This document shows positions 28,915 to 38,856 of a stretch of 64,000 nt of DNA, in pieces. Every line of letters starts with the position of its first letter. Within the stretch, counting starts at the first letter, position 1. The notes under the pieces are model-generated. The model searched no databases, was not told the DNA's origin, and saw only the letters and a list, made by a program, of their open reading frames with translations. Location: positions 32,001 to 96,000 of IMG/VR virus record IMGVR_UViG_3300047159_000056. One strand, 5' to 3'. The DNA comes from a virus (lineage: Duplodnaviria > Caudoviricetes). The position numbers and the translations under genes are program-made.

Positions 28915-29602
28915 TATTATTAAGTTTTACTTTCTCTAAATAATTAATTCCCATATCCATTATTAAGGAAGCCACTACATCTTTTATACTGGATCCCTTG
29001 AATGTATTTAGATATTTAGAGATATTAGGATTTTCTAGCCACTTAGTAACAATTATATCTTTAAAGAATAGAACATCACTCTTAGAAGAATGAGTTGCAT
29101 ATTGATTATTACTATCTTCAATTTCTTTATATCCTCCCCACCAAGTTTTCTTATATTTTATTTTATACATTGAATATAGATCTTCTGGTGACTTTCTATA
29201 AATATTCATAATAGGACTAGCTATAGTATTTGCAGTCCATATTATAGATTCTGAATTAACTCTAGATATTTCACTTAAGGAGCTTATATTCCAATCTTCT
29301 AAGACTAAGTAAGATATATAGGTTTTCCATATTTCTCTACTATATTCTAAGACATCAAACATAGCTTCTCCAGAATTTTTAGAGCTAACTATATAACCCA
29401 TACCATTATAGAGAGATGTAAATTTATCTTGATTTATTCCTGTTTGTCTTGAATCAAATATAAAGAAGACATCTGTATCTTTTGCAAGTAGGTCTATAGA
29501 ATCATGTACTACTTTGGATTTAGGATATTCTTTTCCAACATATATCATTGTTAAGATAATATGTTTTGGTTGTCTTAATAAATAAATTGCATTCTTATTC
29601 AT
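28901..29602 (-). CDS. hypothetical protein
   Basis: First gene of minus operon; minus-strand ccttatatgttg motif ~29627-29638. Confidence 0.75.
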   Translation of the reverse strand: MNKNAIYLLRQPKHIILTMIYVGKEYPKSKVVHDSIDLLAKDTDVFFIFDSRQTGINQDKFTSLYNGMGYIVSSKNSGEAMFDVLEYSREIWKTYISYLVLEDWNISSLSEISRVNSESIIWTANTIASPIMNIYRKSPEDLYSMYKIKYKKTWWGGYKEIEDSNNQYATHSSKSDVLFFKDIIVTKWLENPNISKYLNTFKGSSIKDVVASLIMDMGINYLEKVKLNNNGKL

Positions 29603-29725
29603 ACTGTTTCTTTTTATTATTATTTACCACATATAAGGAACCCAAAACTACTTAAGTGTAAAAAGTCAAATTTGTAGTAACTTGATTCCTTAATTTTGAA
29701 TGAATAAAATAATAAATAAAAACTT

Positions 29726-30265
29726 ATGGAAAGAATAAAATATGTTGTAGAAGCATTACAATCCAATGGGGAATGGGTTCCTAGAATGGAATATTATAAT
29801 AGTTATGAGGCTAATCTTGAGTTAGAGAATGAGAAAAATCTAACCAAGTCTGATATCTTAATGGAAGAAGAAACAGAAGATCGTCCAGTAGATTTTAGGG
29901 TAACTGAAAAGCCGGAGCACTATATAGTTATGGGAACTAATGATAGAGAAAGTTTATTATTTAATGACTTACTAAACCTAGAAAATTTTATTGAGTCTAA
30001 CGATAAGGTAGTCCTAAGAAGGTTATCAATATGGTTTGGCCCAGAAACAGATCAAGATTTTATAGAAGAAATGGGAGACAGAACTAACCTAATGATAGTA
30101 GAATTTAGAAGAAAAAAGAAACATTGGTGGTCTCCTCTTCCAAAATATAAGCATATGTTTTTATGTTTCTATAGTGAGTCTGATTATCTTGAAAATATAG
30201 ACTACTTAGTAAACAAAAAATATTATAAAGAAGTCAAATCAGAATCTATAAAACTTGTCTTATGA
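29726..30265 (+). CDS. hypothetical protein
   Basis: Follows ccttaattttg promoter. Confidence 0.75.
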   Translation: MERIKYVVEALQSNGEWVPRMEYYNSYEANLELENEKNLTKSDILMEEETEDRPVDFRVTEKPEHYIVMGTNDRESLLFNDLLNLENFIESNDKVVLRRLSIWFGPETDQDFIEEMGDRTNLMIVEFRRKKKHWWSPLPKYKHMFLCFYSESDYLENIDYLVNKKYYKEVKSESIKLVL

Positions 30266-30579
30266 ACAACAAATATATAGAAACTGGAGAGGATGATTTT
30301 AGTTACAATAAACGTTTAGATCACCTAGATATTGTAGGAAAGCCTATATCTCTCGGTGATATTGTGGTTTATGTTATTGATCGTGGAGAATCTAGAAATC
30401 TTTCAATTGGCAAAGTCTATATGATGTCAAAGACGGGAGATAGAATTTATATAATAGATAAATCTAGTCCAGACTATGATAAAGATATTGAAACCTTAAG
30501 AGAAGCAAGCATCAATAATAGCTATAATATTTGCCATACCTGCTTTAGAAATTCTCTTAATACATATGCAATAAAATGA
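30262..30579 (+). CDS. hypothetical protein
   Basis: DIVGKPISLGDIVVY, a common phage SH3-like start. Confidence 0.7.
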   Translation: MNNKYIETGEDDFSYNKRLDHLDIVGKPISLGDIVVYVIDRGESRNLSIGKVYMMSKTGDRIYIIDKSSPDYDKDIETLREASINNSYNICHTCFRNSLNTYAIK

Positions 30580-31223
30580 AAAACAAGATTAAAGACTTTG
30601 TAATTAATAAGAATTACAAAAATTGTGTAGTAGACTTAGTGGATCCTTCTGATGAAAAATTTATTGATAACTTAGTGGATAGTGGACTTAGAGGCCTATA
30701 TCTAGATCTTAGTGATGAATTAAAAGATCAGTGGAGTGTAGATTTTTGGGAGAACATACCACTTGTTCCTCAGCCAGAAAAAGATAAGATGTTCTGTGAT
30801 ATTCTATTTACAGAGGACTTAAAAATTTGTAAGAAGGCAAGAGAGAATACTAGTGATTTTATTCTAGATAGATCCAAGTGTGCCTTTACTAATAGAGTAG
30901 GTCCTAAGAAGAATATAATAGAATATGTTTCCACCTTTGATTATGGTCCAAATATCGTGGAGTATATTTATTGGTGTGGTTCTTATTTTACTATTTTTAT
31001 ACCATACAGAGGAAATTGGTTAAATCTAGATACTAAGAAGATGCTTTATCAGGATATGGATAAAGATATTGACTATATAAAAAGCCAGGGAGTTAAGATA
31101 GATGAAGAGGAAGATTCTATCCTGGAAGCTCTAGGGCGTGTATGGAAAAGTTTAGGCGTTGGGATTGATTCATATGGTTATCCCCTGCCAAATTATAAAG
31201 AATGTAGAAAGGAGATTATATGA
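30576..31223 (+). CDS. hypothetical protein sharing a domain with 31965..33626
   Basis: YIYW..FTIFIPYRGNWLN vs FLYF..LNLYIPIRGNWIF. Confidence 0.75.
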   Translation: MKNKIKDFVINKNYKNCVVDLVDPSDEKFIDNLVDSGLRGLYLDLSDELKDQWSVDFWENIPLVPQPEKDKMFCDILFTEDLKICKKARENTSDFILDRSKCAFTNRVGPKKNIIEYVSTFDYGPNIVEYIYWCGSYFTIFIPYRGNWLNLDTKKMLYQDMDKDIDYIKSQGVKIDEEEDSILEALGRVWKSLGVGIDSYGYPLPNYKECRKEII

Positions 31224-31426
31224 AAATTAAGAATGAATCAGGAAAAATTACTATTACATTTAGTTTTAAGCCTCTTCTCTTATCACTGATCTTACTTGTC
31301 TTAAGATTGACAGGTGTAATAGGTTGGTCTTATTGGTGGATATTTTCTCCAATAATTGCTCAGTCTGCTTATATATTTCTTGTTTACTTAATAGTAGTAA
31401 TAGTGTGGACGATAAAGAAGAGTTAA
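31220..31426 (+). CDS. small two-TM membrane protein
   Basis: LLVLRLTGVIGWSYWWIFSPI motif common in phage membrane proteins. Confidence 0.75.
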   Translation: MKIKNESGKITITFSFKPLLLSLILLVLRLTGVIGWSYWWIFSPIIAQSAYIFLVYLIVVIVWTIKKS

Positions 31427-31577
31427 AGAATATATTAGAATTTTTAAAACTAGATGGAGGAAATAAGACTGAATTTATAGGAGAGCCAAGTCCTAGGGTA
31501 AAAGAAAAATTAGAAGAGCTAGGACTTGAAGTTTTAACTATAGGAGGTTTTATAGAATCACCAGTAACAATAATAAG

Positions 31578-31868
31578 ATGGAAAAAGAGGAGTATATAGA
31601 TTGGTTAGAAAAGTCCTATATGAATAACTTAGGACCAATTAGAAAAGAAATAAAAGACTTAGTTAGACAATCTTTTGATCTTGGCGCAAAGAATGTCAAC
31701 CTAGATAATATAAATCTTGGAGAACTTGAGAAAGAGTTTCCAGAATTATATGAAACCTTAGCTAGAGGATTTGTTTCTGGTATTAGGCTTGGTACTTCAT
31801 TTAAGAATAGTAATATGGAGGACTTAGAACAAATAGTAAAAAACAATCCCGGAGGTTTAGTAAAATAA
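31578..31868 (+). CDS. hypothetical protein
   Basis: ORF ending at a terminator. Confidence 0.65.
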   Translation: MEKEEYIDWLEKSYMNNLGPIRKEIKDLVRQSFDLGAKNVNLDNINLGELEKEFPELYETLARGFVSGIRLGTSFKNSNMEDLEQIVKNNPGGLVK

Positions 31869-31964
31869 AGAATAAAAGAGAGACTGAAATATGTCTCTCT
31901 GCTTTTTTCTTACACTAGTTTCCTTATATATGAAAAATAATTAATTTTAAAAATAGAAAGAAAA

Positions 31965-33626
31965 ATGGAAAAATTAAAAGCAAAGTGTTTATCACAAAGA
32001 ATTTTTTTAAAGAAATTAAATGAATTTCTAGGTAAGAACTATCCTGATGTTTTGAATAATGCTAAGGGAGTTTTATTATCTGAAAAATTGTGTAACGGGA
32101 TTATAGATGCTTTCTGTCAATCTATGAAAGAGAAGACTATATCGGCTGACTTTAGTGATCTTTATGATGACTTAGTTTGGGCTGGTCTTAGTACAAAAGA
32201 CCTTTCCCTGACAGGTGCATATACTCTTCCTACTAGTGGTATTCCGGTTTTAATTGGTACTAATAATCTTAGAGAAGTATTTTATATATTTATATCGGAA
32301 GATTCAAAATTTAGAGGATATAAATCAAATCTACCAACAACATCGGAACCTACCTTAGCTGAAATGGATAAAGAGTTTTCAACTAATATCTCTATTGGAA
32401 AATATGTTTCTAAGAAATTAGACAAGAAGATTATTATTCCAAATGATCCATATACACCTAATGAAATCTTAGATGTTTCTACTATGGAGATGGATTCTTT
32501 TAATAGGCTTTGTACAACAACGCTTACTAGAGAGATAAAAGCTTTTAATCCAGCTTCCCTAGCAGCTCTTGAAATAGATACAAATGATAGTCTATATGTT
32601 AAGTCATTGAAGATGGATCAGATTATAGAAAAGCTATCTTTATTGTATCTCTTAGGACTCAGTAAGGAAGGTCTTCTTAGTGGATTTAGCAAGGGAAAGA
32701 TTTCTACTGGAGCAAATCCTAAGATAGATGATGTAGAAATAATTGGATCTAATACAGCAAAGGGAGTGTCTTATATAGAGGGGAGACTTAGAACCTTAGA
32801 TACTCCTTGGGTATATTTCTTCTTATACTTTAATAGCAAGAAGAAATTAAATCTGTATATTCCTATTAGAGGTAACTGGATTTTTACGGAGTATTCTAGT
32901 ATATATAGAAGAGATTTTCCTATTCAAGATCTCAGCATCCTATCATTAGATTATGGGATTAATGGATTGCCTAGCGTCTTAGATACTACGGTTCCTGATG
33001 ATGTCTTGAGAGAAAAGATTGATAGTGTTGTAGAGGCAGATCCTAGGATTAAACTAGAACAGTACGATATAGTTCCTTCTGCAGACAAAAATGCTTGTGA
33101 AGGGGAATTTATGAGTTCTCTTCCTGGTACTGCTACAACAACAGGTACAGTAGAAACAAAGGCCACTACACAAAAACAGACAACAGTTTCTGGAACAAGT
33201 ATAGGAGCATTACCATTATCTACATTAACCAGTGCTATAGAGACTCTAAATACCATAAAGAATATAGATGAGGTAGGTGAACTGGTTACTAGGATAACTG
33301 ATGAAATTAAGATTAGAAAAGAAGCCATTAAAAAGAACTTGGTAAGAAATAACTATATAGGAAAAATTTATAAAGAATTTGTTCCAGATCATGAAGGAGA
33401 TTTTGTTATATTTAAGATAACAGATTATAACTTTGATCTTAACGAGTTCTCTACAGATACTATATATGTTGGTTCTACCATAATCTCTAGAGATAGTAGA
33501 ATTAATGTACACTTAGAATTAGATGAGACAACATATAAGGTAATTGACAGAACTTTAAAAGGAGCCAATATAATTCTCCAAAAGGATGAGTCGGAGTTTA
33601 AGAAATATAACGATTACTTTAAATGA
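31965..33626 (+). CDS. hypothetical protein (553 aa, Thr-rich linker)
   Basis: ccttatatatg promoter; TATTTGTVETKATTQKQTT linker. Confidence 0.8.
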   Translation: MEKLKAKCLSQRIFLKKLNEFLGKNYPDVLNNAKGVLLSEKLCNGIIDAFCQSMKEKTISADFSDLYDDLVWAGLSTKDLSLTGAYTLPTSGIPVLIGTNNLREVFYIFISEDSKFRGYKSNLPTTSEPTLAEMDKEFSTNISIGKYVSKKLDKKIIIPNDPYTPNEILDVSTMEMDSFNRLCTTTLTREIKAFNPASLAALEIDTNDSLYVKSLKMDQIIEKLSLLYLLGLSKEGLLSGFSKGKISTGANPKIDDVEIIGSNTAKGVSYIEGRLRTLDTPWVYFFLYFNSKKKLNLYIPIRGNWIFTEYSSIYRRDFPIQDLSILSLDYGINGLPSVLDTTVPDDVLREKIDSVVEADPRIKLEQYDIVPSADKNACEGEFMSSLPGTATTTGTVETKATTQKQTTVSGTSIGALPLSTLTSAIETLNTIKNIDEVGELVTRITDEIKIRKEAIKKNLVRNNYIGKIYKEFVPDHEGDFVIFKITDYNFDLNEFSTDTIYVGSTIISRDSRINVHLELDETTYKVIDRTLKGANIILQKDESEFKKYNDYFK

Positions 33627-34417
33627 AAACATATAAAGAGAAATCTATAAAGGAGCTAGTCTTGGATAGGAGAAAACTATCCAGGATTAGTTGTCCCGAT
33701 ATTTGTTATGTAGATATTTGTTATGGAGAAGAACTCTTAGATAGAACCAATAGTTTACATATAGATAACATAGTTGGTAAGTTATATAAAGTTACTAGTG
33801 GCAATAAAGTAATTTATTATACCTGTTTATCTTATGACTCTAGATATGGTCTAACAAAGTTTAGAAGTGTAACTGTTATTAGAGATAAATACAATGTAGT
33901 AACTGAAGTAATAGATAAGGAAATTTCTAGATATGTAACCGGATTTAAAAAAGTTTACTGTAGAGGAGAGGAAAAGGAACCGGTTGTTAGAAATGATATA
34001 TTCATCTTAGAAGGAAATCATGAACTTCAACTAGTAAATATTGATTCTTATTTTGATTTTCCAAAAGAATTCCTAAATATTAATAAGTCTGGTCAAAGAT
34101 ATATAATGTTTGAATTTAGTAGCAATATTGGAGCCAAATCCAATATTATGACTTATATAGGAGTATCAATCGGAAAAATCTATGGAAAATTTTTTAGAAT
34201 TTATACTAAGAAAAGGGGTCATTATAAAATAAAACAACTCCCTGTCGATATCTTAGTTGACCTATCGGATATAAAATGCGTTGGTAAAGATGCTAATGCT
34301 ATATTTATGAAAGAAAATACAAATAGAACTATAACTAGGTTTACTAAGTTTGACGTTGATGGCTCATTATATGATTTTTTAGATGCTCAGTTGGTAATAA
34401 TACGTAATTTGGCATGA
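33623..34417 (+). CDS. hypothetical protein
   Basis: ATGA-coupled. Confidence 0.75.
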   Translation: MKTYKEKSIKELVLDRRKLSRISCPDICYVDICYGEELLDRTNSLHIDNIVGKLYKVTSGNKVIYYTCLSYDSRYGLTKFRSVTVIRDKYNVVTEVIDKEISRYVTGFKKVYCRGEEKEPVVRNDIFILEGNHELQLVNIDSYFDFPKEFLNINKSGQRYIMFEFSSNIGAKSNIMTYIGVSIGKIYGKFFRIYTKKRGHYKIKQLPVDILVDLSDIKCVGKDANAIFMKENTNRTITRFTKFDVDGSLYDFLDAQLVIIRNLA

Positions 34418-34677
34418 AGAAAAGATTAGCTAGTATCCTAGACAATGCAAAAGGAGCTGCAATAGATGCTCTTAAAATGTTACTCTTAATGAAAAAGAAT
34501 AAAGAGCTGGTCTTAAATATGGAGATAGATGGTTTTACCTATAGATCCATCTTCCTATCAAAACATGGAGATCTTTTTGTTAGAAGTATATTCTTAGGAA
34601 AAATCTTAGATGAAAACATAGAAGGATGTAGCTATAAAGTTCTCTATTCTATCTTAGATCATATAGATAGTTACTAG
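34414..34677 (+). CDS. hypothetical protein
   Basis: ATGA-coupled; terminator follows. Confidence 0.65.
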   Translation: MKKRLASILDNAKGAAIDALKMLLLMKKNKELVLNMEIDGFTYRSIFLSKHGDLFVRSIFLGKILDENIEGCSYKVLYSILDHIDSY

Positions 34678-34745
34678 AATTAATTGAAGGGAGATATAGT
34701 TTCTCCTTTCTTTTCCTTACTTATGAAAATAATATAAAAAATTAT

Positions 34746-36155
34746 ATGTGGTTTAAAGAATTAAATAAGAATGAAGTATTTAATAGTTTATCAAAAATTA
34801 CGGATAGACTTGGTTTACAGAGTTTTGTAGTTGGTGGTTTTGTTAGAGATTATATTCTAGGAATTAAGAGTAGCGACATAGATATTGTTGTAGTTGGTTC
34901 TGGTATAGACTTGGCAAAAGAATATTGTAAAGAAGTAGGAGGTACACTTAGTATTTATGCTTCTTATGGAACAGCTGCAGTAAAGACACCCTGGGGAGAA
35001 GAAGTAGAATTTGTTGGTGCTAGAAAAGAATCTTATACTAGAGGAAGTAGAAATCCGGTTGTTTCTAGCGGTTCTCTTTCTGATGACTTAGGAAGAAGAG
35101 ATTTTACAATAAATGCTATGGCTATTTGTTTATGTGGAGATTCTAGGTTTGGGGAATTAATAGATATGTTTAACGGTTATACAGATTTACAAAATGGTAT
35201 TATTAAGACACCAGTAGATCCAAATATAACCTTCTTAGATGATCCCCTTAGAAGTCTTAGATGTATTAGATTTGCATCAAGATATGGTTTTAAGATAGAA
35301 GATAATACTTGGAATGGCCTAGTTAGAAATGCGTCATTAATAGGTAATATAGTTTGGGAGAGAATTTCATCAGAAGTTTGTAAGATCTTAGAAGGAAATA
35401 ATCCTAAATATGGAATGGAATTATTACAAGAATGTGGTATCTTAAAAATTATTCTTCCAGAGGTTAGTAGGCTTGATACAAATGATCTAACTGCTACAAC
35501 TAAACCTCATAAAAATAATTTCTGGCATTCAATAAGCGTCTTAGATAATGTTTCAAAAGTAAGTGGAAATATTTGGTTAAGATGGGCGGCTCTCTTACAT
35601 GATATTGGTAAAGAGTCTACAAAGCATTATGATCCTATTACTGGTTGGAGTTTTTATAATCACGAACTAGTTGGAGCAGATATGATTAAACCTATTTTTA
35701 CCAGATTTAAATTGCCATTGGGAGATGAATATTCTTATGTGTATAGATTAGTTAGTATGCATATGAGACCACAAACTATAGCTAATAATGAAGTTACAGA
35801 TTCAGCGGTTAGAAGATTATGTAATGATTTTGGTCCTGGTATAGAAGATCTCATTACCTTATGCGAATGTGATATAACTACAAAAAATCTAGATAAGAAG
35901 AATACGTTTATAGAAAGATTTGGTAGAGTAAGGGATATGATTAAGGACTTACAAGAAAGAGACTATATTAGACTATTTCAACCTGTCTTAGGAGGAGATG
36001 ATATAATGAGAATTCTAAACTTAAGACCAGGAAGATTAGTTGGAGAGTTAAAAGAGTTCCTAAAAGAATCTATCTTGGATGGTAAGATAGATAATAGGAG
36101 AGAAGACCTAGAAAGATTATTAATAGACAAAGCAAGAGATATAGGACTTATTTAA
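34746..36155 (+). CDS. cca: CCA-adding tRNA nucleotidyltransferase with HD domain
   Basis: VVGGFVRD..DIDIVV, EFVGARKESY, RRDFTINAMA, DDPLRSLRCIRF, ERI, ALLHDIGK; Bacteroidota-like. Confidence 0.92.
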   Translation: MWFKELNKNEVFNSLSKITDRLGLQSFVVGGFVRDYILGIKSSDIDIVVVGSGIDLAKEYCKEVGGTLSIYASYGTAAVKTPWGEEVEFVGARKESYTRGSRNPVVSSGSLSDDLGRRDFTINAMAICLCGDSRFGELIDMFNGYTDLQNGIIKTPVDPNITFLDDPLRSLRCIRFASRYGFKIEDNTWNGLVRNASLIGNIVWERISSEVCKILEGNNPKYGMELLQECGILKIILPEVSRLDTNDLTATTKPHKNNFWHSISVLDNVSKVSGNIWLRWAALLHDIGKESTKHYDPITGWSFYNHELVGADMIKPIFTRFKLPLGDEYSYVYRLVSMHMRPQTIANNEVTDSAVRRLCNDFGPGIEDLITLCECDITTKNLDKKNTFIERFGRVRDMIKDLQERDYIRLFQPVLGGDDIMRILNLRPGRLVGELKEFLKESILDGKIDNRREDLERLLIDKARDIGLI

Positions 36156-36203
36156 AAATTAGAAGTAGAGAAAGAGGAATTCTCTACTTTCTTTTCCTTA
36201 TTA

Positions 36204-36971
36204 TTGAATATGAAAAATATGAAAAAGAGAAAATATGATATTATAATCACAAGACATGGTAATACAATTAGAACCTATGTCGGTTTAATATTAAATTGGA
36301 ATCTGCAAACCATAAATGAATATATGGTTGACGGATTTATAAAAAGAAATCCTAATTACAAATACTATCCTTTTTATTCATTTAGTTATGAAGGTACAAA
36401 GTCAGGAGATCTTATAAATACAGTTCTCTATAGTGACTATGATCATGCTATTAGCTTAAACAATACTTATGGAAATATTAAGGAATTGGAAAATAAAGTT
36501 AGCCCAGAGTATTTTTATAATATTGTTTGTGGAGGATATAATGAGATGAGAGTTAAGACTAAAAATTATATGGAAATAGATTTTCAATTCTTTAACGAAT
36601 ATGATTATACACATGGAAATGATGTAGAAGAATATAAACTCTGGCGGGATCTTAAGAAAATGATGAGAGATTCTGATTATTCTAACTTACCAGATAAGGA
36701 AAGTGTTAAGAGCACAATTGAGTATATACAAGATAGAAAAAATCCTAAGTTTGGAATTAATCTGTCACATTATATATCAGGTCCAAATACAGTTTTTAGT
36801 AATACTCTGTACCTAATAGAAGATGTTAGCTTGGATATTAGTAATTCTATATATGTTTCTGAGTCTAGTACTAATCCAGGTGGAGAAGTATGGGAAAAGA
36901 CTAAGTTAAAAACAACATTCTTAGATGTAAATCAAGCTATTAATGATCAAGAAAAATTTATTGAATATTAG
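36204..36971 (+). CDS. paralog family A member 1
   Basis: RKYDI..YVGLILNWNL..LDI..FIEY. Confidence 0.75.
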   Translation: MNMKNMKKRKYDIIITRHGNTIRTYVGLILNWNLQTINEYMVDGFIKRNPNYKYYPFYSFSYEGTKSGDLINTVLYSDYDHAISLNNTYGNIKELENKVSPEYFYNIVCGGYNEMRVKTKNYMEIDFQFFNEYDYTHGNDVEEYKLWRDLKKMMRDSDYSNLPDKESVKSTIEYIQDRKNPKFGINLSHYISGPNTVFSNTLYLIEDVSLDISNSIYVSESSTNPGGEVWEKTKLKTTFLDVNQAINDQEKFIEY

Positions 36972-36973
36972 TT

Positions 36974-37597
36974 ATGAGAAAAACATATCTAATTAGACAA
37001 CTGGATGATAAAGATAAGACAACCTATATTAGATTAGTCTTACACTTAAATCCAGATAACTTAGAAAAATATATTTGTCCTGATTGTAAAATAACTTCTT
37101 ACTATAGGCCAATTTATACACTATTTGGGAATATCTCTGAACCAGATGAGCCCTTTAGATTAACATATAATGGCTTTAGTTATCCAAGACCAGAAGAGTG
37201 GTTAGAACAGTTTAATAAGATAGATGAACTGGTTGGAGATTATGGATATGATATAACTGTCTATATTAATATTAAATTTATAGAGCCTTATCTTTTATTA
37301 GATGAGAAGTTATATTCTAGTTACTTTATATATAACTCCATATTTCCTAGATATATGTTTATCTCTAATGTTTATGACGACTCCAAAGAAAAAACAGATT
37401 ACTTTATATCATTAGACCTGGAAGAAAACTTAAGAAATTTTTATATTCCAGAGCAATATCCAGGAAACTATTTGAAGATTTCTAAATTTTTCATTAACCT
37501 GGTAACAGAAAATGAAAAGGTTGGTTATAAGATTAGTAAATTTATAGAACTTGAAGAAGATGAAAAGGAAATATATTATAGGTCAGAGTGGAAATAG
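36974..37597 (+). CDS. paralog family A member 2
   Basis: RKTYLI..YIRLVLHLN..LDLEENL..FIELE. Confidence 0.75.
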   Translation: MRKTYLIRQLDDKDKTTYIRLVLHLNPDNLEKYICPDCKITSYYRPIYTLFGNISEPDEPFRLTYNGFSYPRPEEWLEQFNKIDELVGDYGYDITVYINIKFIEPYLLLDEKLYSSYFIYNSIFPRYMFISNVYDDSKEKTDYFISLDLEENLRNFYIPEQYPGNYLKISKFFINLVTENEKVGYKISKFIELEEDEKEIYYRSEWK

Positions 37598-38210
37598 TTA
37601 TGGATTTAATGCTTATATTTATTTAGATTTATACTGGAATATAGAAACACTTGGTGATTTTGTTTTCTGGAATAATAATCGTGATATTGACTCGGTAAGA
37701 CTTAATAGATTTTTCTGGGCTCTTAATGATCTTGATCCTGGTGAGACTCTTACGGATTATTTAGAAAGAAGAGGAAAATTTCTTCTAGATTCTGACGAGC
37801 AGGCTTGGGTTAGGAATAAAGTTAGAAGGCATTATAAGATGTCAGATATAGTTGCCCCAGATATAATTGTTAGAGACTATCCGGTAGGCATATATCCTAT
37901 AATAGATCCTAAACTAACTGGTAAGAAATTTGAGTCTTATTTTGAGAAACATAATATATTTGAATCATCAGAATTTTGTTTAGGTGATAAACCTACCTGG
38001 GAATTAGAACCACCAGAAGAAATGAAATTTTATGAAGTTAACTTAGATATAGAAGCTAATATAAAGAGGCAACTAGATGTTATATATTCAAGAACTAAGA
38101 TAAGGCCTAATCATAGAATCCATATATTTATTGATGATTTTATTTTATCTAATCTTAATCTTAAATATGGAACAGGATCCAGGTGTAATAGGTACGCAGA
38201 ATTAGACTAA
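37551..38210 (+). CDS. paralog family A member 3
   Basis: KRKYII..YIYLDLYWNI..LDIEANI..YAELD. Confidence 0.75.
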   Translation: MKKMKRKYIIGQSGNSYGFNAYIYLDLYWNIETLGDFVFWNNNRDIDSVRLNRFFWALNDLDPGETLTDYLERRGKFLLDSDEQAWVRNKVRRHYKMSDIVAPDIIVRDYPVGIYPIIDPKLTGKKFESYFEKHNIFESSEFCLGDKPTWELEPPEEMKFYEVNLDIEANIKRQLDVIYSRTKIRPNHRIHIFIDDFILSNLNLKYGTGSRCNRYAELD

Positions 38211-38214
38211 GAAT

Positions 38215-38856
38215 ATGAAAAGAACTTATAAGATAGTACTAGCATTAAAACCATTAGGAGGAGATAGAATTAAATGTCTTGGTGCATTTATTATTCTAAA
38301 TCTTAGATGGAATCTCAAACATCTACAAAAATATTTTAATGATTACTATAAATGTAGATATAGGGAAGATAGGATTTTATTTTTAGGAAATTTTAACAAG
38401 AAGAACATTACCAATAGTGTAATAGAAGATTATATAAAGAAATCACAAATAATTTCACTTAAGAAGGTTCATGATTGTGATTGGAAATGTAATTGCTGGA
38501 ATATTTTGGATATAGTCGGAGATGACCTAGTAATTCCAAGTTTGATTAGAATAAATGATCCAGTTCATGGTGTTGATAAAATAAAATTTATTGATACAGA
38601 GAACATAGAAAAATTCTTTGATTATAATCCTATATTTGATTGGAGATACTGTGATGGACTAGAAATAAATCCAGTTGTTCTTAGTGTTAGTGGGTATAGG
38701 GATTATCTAACCATTAACCTAGATGTAGAGAGAAATTTAGAGAAGTTTTTTATTACGAAGAATTCAAATTGCTGCATCTATAATAGGTTAGCTAAAGATT
38801 TTATTCTAGCAAATATAGATAGAGATTATAAAAAATATGCAGAATATGATGACTAA
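38215..38856 (+). CDS. paralog family A member 4
   Basis: KRTYKI..FIILNLRWNL..LDVERNL..YAEYDD. Confidence 0.75.
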   Translation: MKRTYKIVLALKPLGGDRIKCLGAFIILNLRWNLKHLQKYFNDYYKCRYREDRILFLGNFNKKNITNSVIEDYIKKSQIISLKKVHDCDWKCNCWNILDIVGDDLVIPSLIRINDPVHGVDKIKFIDTENIEKFFDYNPIFDWRYCDGLEINPVVLSVSGYRDYLTINLDVERNLEKFFITKNSNCCIYNRLAKDFILANIDRDYKKYAEYDD

